From a virus (Duplodnaviria; Caudoviricetes), in the IMG/VR virus record IMGVR_UViG_3300020166_000084, positions 1-29,160 of that record: a DNA stretch of 29,160 nucleotides; one strand, 5' to 3'. Every line of letters starts with the position of its first letter. Within the stretch, counting starts at the first letter, position 1. Below are positions 25,558-29,160 of this stretch, piece by piece. Both the position numbers and the translations under genes were made by a program. The notes under the pieces were generated by a model. That model was not told where the DNA came from. It made no database searches and saw only the letters and a program-made list of their open reading frames with translations.

Positions 25558-26046
25558 ATGAAATCAATAGATAATAAAAAAGTAGAAAACAATAAACTTA
25601 GATTAACTGAGCCTTATGTTCTATTTAAAGAAGATGTTGAAATCATGACAGTGTATACTGTACATGCTGATGAAGTTGGTAGAATTGATTTGATTGCTGA
25701 CAAGATATATAATGATACATCATATTCTGAACAAATATTAAAATTTAATAATATTTCTAATCCATTTTCTATTAACGAAGGAGATGTTCTTAATATTCCG
25801 AATGTTGATCTTTCATTTAAGAATTGGAAAACTATTAAACCACAAGATAAATCAGATAGTTCACATCCTATTAAAGATCAATTTATGGATAGTAAGAGAT
25901 TAACAGTTAAAGATCAGAATAGGGTTGAATATTTAAAACAAAAGGCATCACAAAAATTAAACGGATCTAAGGAAATACTTCCACCCAATATTCTTAAAGA
26001 TGGAGAAAAGAATATGGATATAGAAGGAGGAGCAATTACAATATAA
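25558..26046 (+). CDS. Baseplate wedge protein, T4 gp53/LysM-like
   Basis: YTV...RIDLIADKIYND......ILKFNNISNPFSINEGDVLNIP is a LysM/gp53-type pattern. Confidence 0.72.
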   Translation: MKSIDNKKVENNKLRLTEPYVLFKEDVEIMTVYTVHADEVGRIDLIADKIYNDTSYSEQILKFNNISNPFSINEGDVLNIPNVDLSFKNWKTIKPQDKSDSSHPIKDQFMDSKRLTVKDQNRVEYLKQKASQKLNGSKEILPPNILKDGEKNMDIEGGAITI

Positions 26047-26047
26047 T

Positions 26048-27562
26048 ATGGCAGTACAAGGTAAAATTTTAACTAAATTAGAACCAACTATAGAACTTGA
26101 TAAGCTCAAGTTTAAATCCTATAACGAGTCTGAGGGCGATAACCCTGGAGATAACAATACATCTCAAGAATTAGGTGTTGAGTTTCCTTTAATACTGGTT
26201 AATGGTTATAGGTTTGATAAACCATCTATTAAAAGTTTTAATATAACACTCGCTGGGTTTTCCCCTTTAATAGATATAACTATAGTAGATACAGAATCCT
26301 TATTTACAGCAGATTCATACCCAAGGGATGGCGACGTGATTAACGTAAGAATAGCTTCTAAATCAAAAGACATATATAAAGATATTAGAATGGATTTTGA
26401 TATTATTGAAGTGTTTTCACCTCCTAAATCTGCAGAAGCAAACAATATGGGAGGTTCTGTTTATACATTAAGCGGTAGAATGAAAATACCAGGATTATAC
26501 GCTGAGCAATGTAAATCATACGGAATAGGAACTACATTAGATCATTTAGAAAAAATAACTGCTGAACTTAAATTAGGTTTAGCTTCAAATGTAGATTTAA
26601 CGGACGATTCAATGAATTTAATAACGCCGTATGAACCTCTTAAAGACACTATCGAGGATTTAGTAAAACACTCTTATGTTAATGAAGATTCATTTGTGAC
26701 ATGTTGTGTAGATCCTTATTATTATTTTAATTTTGTAGATTTAAATTCTATATTAAATGCAGATGAAGACTTTGAAGATGCTATTCCTGCATTTGACGAA
26801 AATTTAAATGATACTCTAGGACCAGACTCTTCTAATGAAACTAATCTAATAGATAAATCCCCACTATCAATAACATCTTTTTCAGAAGCGGTAGGCACTA
26901 ATGTACATATTTCAAAATATGCAATACAAAATAATACCGGTAAACAAGTAAAAAAGAACGGATATAAAAGAGTTCTTCAGTTTTTTGAAAATGATTCTGA
27001 AGAAACTGGATTAATAAACTTTGACGTTGAGCCTTTAACTTCTAATAATCTTAAAGACATACATGAGCCTCTTAAAGGACGTAGGGATGAGGAGAGATAT
27101 AAACAAGAAATAAAATATAAATATGTTGGTAGAAGACATAGTGACGCAGAAACATCGAATACACACTTAAATTACAACTTCGCCGGATTACACAATGTTC
27201 AAAATATGCAAGAGCTTGATAAGGTTTTTTTAGAAGTTGAACTGTCAACATGGAATCCCGCTATATATAGATATCAAAAATTGCCAGTTGCAATATACTC
27301 AGAAACTCCTGAAAAAACCCAGGCAGATGCTGCTTTAAAGACCAAAAAAGAAGAATTAGGATTTGAGGCTAAAGAGAAAGAGGAACTTAACGAAGGTAGT
27401 AAAAATGAAAGTAAATCTGTTGGCGTAATTGATGAATTCTTAAGTGGATTTTATATTGTTGGAGAAATAAGTTATGTATATACGAAGAAAATAAACAAGG
27501 TTGTACAAAAGATGAAGCTTCTCAGAAGAGAATGGCCAAGTCGAATAAATAATATCGGATAA
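26048..27562 (+). CDS. Probable baseplate hub protein (gp27/gpD-like)
   Basis: Size, position between the gp53-like and gp5-like genes, and C-terminal LSGFYIVGEISY...QKMKL.R typical of hub proteins. Confidence 0.55.
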   Translation: MAVQGKILTKLEPTIELDKLKFKSYNESEGDNPGDNNTSQELGVEFPLILVNGYRFDKPSIKSFNITLAGFSPLIDITIVDTESLFTADSYPRDGDVINVRIASKSKDIYKDIRMDFDIIEVFSPPKSAEANNMGGSVYTLSGRMKIPGLYAEQCKSYGIGTTLDHLEKITAELKLGLASNVDLTDDSMNLITPYEPLKDTIEDLVKHSYVNEDSFVTCCVDPYYYFNFVDLNSILNADEDFEDAIPAFDENLNDTLGPDSSNETNLIDKSPLSITSFSEAVGTNVHISKYAIQNNTGKQVKKNGYKRVLQFFENDSEETGLINFDVEPLTSNNLKDIHEPLKGRRDEERYKQEIKYKYVGRRHSDAETSNTHLNYNFAGLHNVQNMQELDKVFLEVELSTWNPAIYRYQKLPVAIYSETPEKTQADAALKTKKEELGFEAKEKEELNEGSKNESKSVGVIDEFLSGFYIVGEISYVYTKKINKVVQKMKLLRREWPSRINNIG

Positions 27563-27570
27563 ATAGTTAT

Positions 27571-28761
27571 ATGGCAGATTTTAAGAAAATATCAGACTTT
27601 AAGAAAAGTAAATTATCTAGATACCCGTATCAAGATCCAACATACTTGTCTTTTGTTATGCTCTTCGATTTCACAGATCAAGTAAATTCACCACTATTAT
27701 CTAAAACTGCTGAAAATTATTTAGCTAAATTGACTAATGTAGATTCTGATGATGCTGAATTCTATAAAGAAAGATTAGAAAATTTACAAAATTTTAGAAA
27801 AGCATTAAAGACTATTAATAATGAAATGCCATGGTACTGGCAAAGTCTTTCTGGTTTAGAAAGAACTCAACAATATAATCCAGAAAATGCATACATGGGA
27901 GGAGACGATGCAAGAATTGAAATCACAACACTAGAATCTTTAAATCTACCTATAGCTGGATTAATGCACCTTTATAGAAAGGCTGTATTTGATGAAAGAA
28001 AATGGAGTTATATTCTTCCTACCAATTTACGTAAATTTAGAGTTTATATTTATGTAAGCGAAGTTAGAAAAATTAAAGATAATGCAAAGCCTAAAATCGG
28101 TGGTTTAAACAGGGATGCTCTTAAAGGGTTTCCAGATAATTTTAAACCAACGTTAAGTATAGAAGATAAAAACAAAGAAATATCTGGAGTTTCAGGTAGA
28201 CCATATTTTATGATATCATTAAAAGAATGTGAATTTGATATAAAAGAAGGTGTTGATATATTTACAGATTTACAAAAATCTCCAGAAGCTCCTGCATCCG
28301 GTAAAATTGCGTTTAATTATGAAGTGTTATATAACGTAGAATCTAGGGTTTTAAATGGGATAATTGAAAGCAAGTATGGATCTGATAATTTAGCCCCAGC
28401 CCCTGATGGAGAAGGAGTTTCTCCAAGCACAGTCGGAGATTGGCTATTAGATAAAGCGAAAGAAAAAGGACAAGCATTTGTAGATAGAGCAGTTGGCGAT
28501 TTAAAAAACCAAGGTTTAGAAAAAATGCAAGAATTAAAAGCGGCGGCAAAAGACGCGACTATTGGCAGATTAGATAGAAGTATTAATAACATTTATAAAG
28601 AGTTTATTACGGGTGTAGATGATGCAACCGGAAACATAACTAACAATATTAAAGAATCTATAGGTGAAAATATTCACGGATCTGTAGCCGGCGCAGATAC
28701 AGTATTAGGCGCTCTTACAACCGCGTCTAGAAATTCTTTAGGAAGCGTGTACGATGAATAA
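27571..28761 (+). CDS. Probable tail/baseplate structural protein (396 aa)
   Basis: Context between hub-like and gp5-like genes; a tail-tube-like fold is only a guess. Confidence 0.4.
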   Translation: MADFKKISDFKKSKLSRYPYQDPTYLSFVMLFDFTDQVNSPLLSKTAENYLAKLTNVDSDDAEFYKERLENLQNFRKALKTINNEMPWYWQSLSGLERTQQYNPENAYMGGDDARIEITTLESLNLPIAGLMHLYRKAVFDERKWSYILPTNLRKFRVYIYVSEVRKIKDNAKPKIGGLNRDALKGFPDNFKPTLSIEDKNKEISGVSGRPYFMISLKECEFDIKEGVDIFTDLQKSPEAPASGKIAFNYEVLYNVESRVLNGIIESKYGSDNLAPAPDGEGVSPSTVGDWLLDKAKEKGQAFVDRAVGDLKNQGLEKMQELKAAAKDATIGRLDRSINNIYKEFITGVDDATGNITNNIKESIGENIHGSVAGADTVLGALTTASRNSLGSVYDE

Positions 28762-29160
28762 CGAAGAACTTGAAAAAGATAATATCAGAGAAACTCACTG
28801 GTTAGGCGAAGTTGTCGATAATACAGATCCTAAAAATTTAGGTAGGTGTAGGATTAAGGTGTATGGTAAATTTGATAACTTACCAGATGATGCTATTCCA
28901 TGGGCAACTCCTATGAATAGAGATTTACCAGGAGCACATGCAACACCAAGAGTAGGCGATATTGTTGCAGTTAGATTTGATAACGGAAACATATACCACC
29001 CAGAATACTGGTTTCACATTAATCAAAATAAACAATTAAAAGAAGATATATTAGATCCTTCAGGGGCAGCACATGATGTTGTCAGTTTAGTGTATGACGC
29101 TGAACGTAATGTTAGGATTTATCATTCTCCTGAAGATGGGTTGGTAATCACAAGAGGATC
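28754..29160 (+). CDS. Baseplate central spike, gp5/VgrG N-terminal OB-fold, 3'-truncated
   Basis: Not in the track (no stop in the window). MNNEELEKDNIRETHWLGEVVDNTDPKNLGRCRIKVYG...IPWA.P...P.VGD.V.V.F.NG...P is the Gp5_OB signature. Confidence 0.85.
   Translation, partial: MNNEELEKDNIRETHWLGEVVDNTDPKNLGRCRIKVYGKFDNLPDDAIPWATPMNRDLPGAHATPRVGDIVAVRFDNGNIYHPEYWFHINQNKQLKEDILDPSGAAHDVVSLVYDAERNVRIYHSPEDGLVITRG

Noticed and set aside
1-29160. Giant eukaryotic virus (collagens plus hydroxylases, as in mimivirus), prophage, or alternative genetic code
   Set aside because: bS21, rho-independent terminators, overlapping operonic genes and gp5/gp53-like baseplate genes indicate a bacteriophage. There is no integrase or host-like segment. 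TAA, TAG and TGA all end full-length genes. No tRNA, rRNA, intron, intein or mobile element was detected.

Overview
AT-rich, gene-dense fragment with all credible genes on the + strand. It is most consistent with a large (jumbo) T4-like myovirus of a Bacteroidota host: it encodes bS21 with a Bacteroidota-type C-terminus, has TAnnTTTG-like promoters, and has A-rich start regions without Shine-Dalgarno sequences. From left to right: (1) four tandem collagen-like genes, the first partial, ending at a cUUCGg terminator; (2) two 2OG-Fe(II) oxygenases and three GT2-type glycosyltransferase domains; (3) a mixed region with a 3'-5' exonuclease, DnaJ, bS21, three EEYEKC-motif paralogs, PhoH, RNase HII, UvsE, probable head-packaged proteins and dCMP deaminase; (4) the start of a baseplate module (gp53/LysM-like, hub-like, gp5 OB-fold). 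The main observation concerns the three complete collagen genes, which look like matched chains of one heterotrimer. By hand count they share end motifs, span 222/221/221 triplet-equivalents, each carry a 21-triplet super-repeat in the same region, and have co-located interruptions. Chain 3 lacks one Gly every 7 triplets, 22 times in a row at exact 60-nt spacing. This suggests a periodically kinked or curly heterotrimeric collagen fibre of about 190 nm, possibly modified by the adjacent enzymes. Three putative promoter classes are also visible. All calls come from manual motif recognition and counting; no database searches were run.
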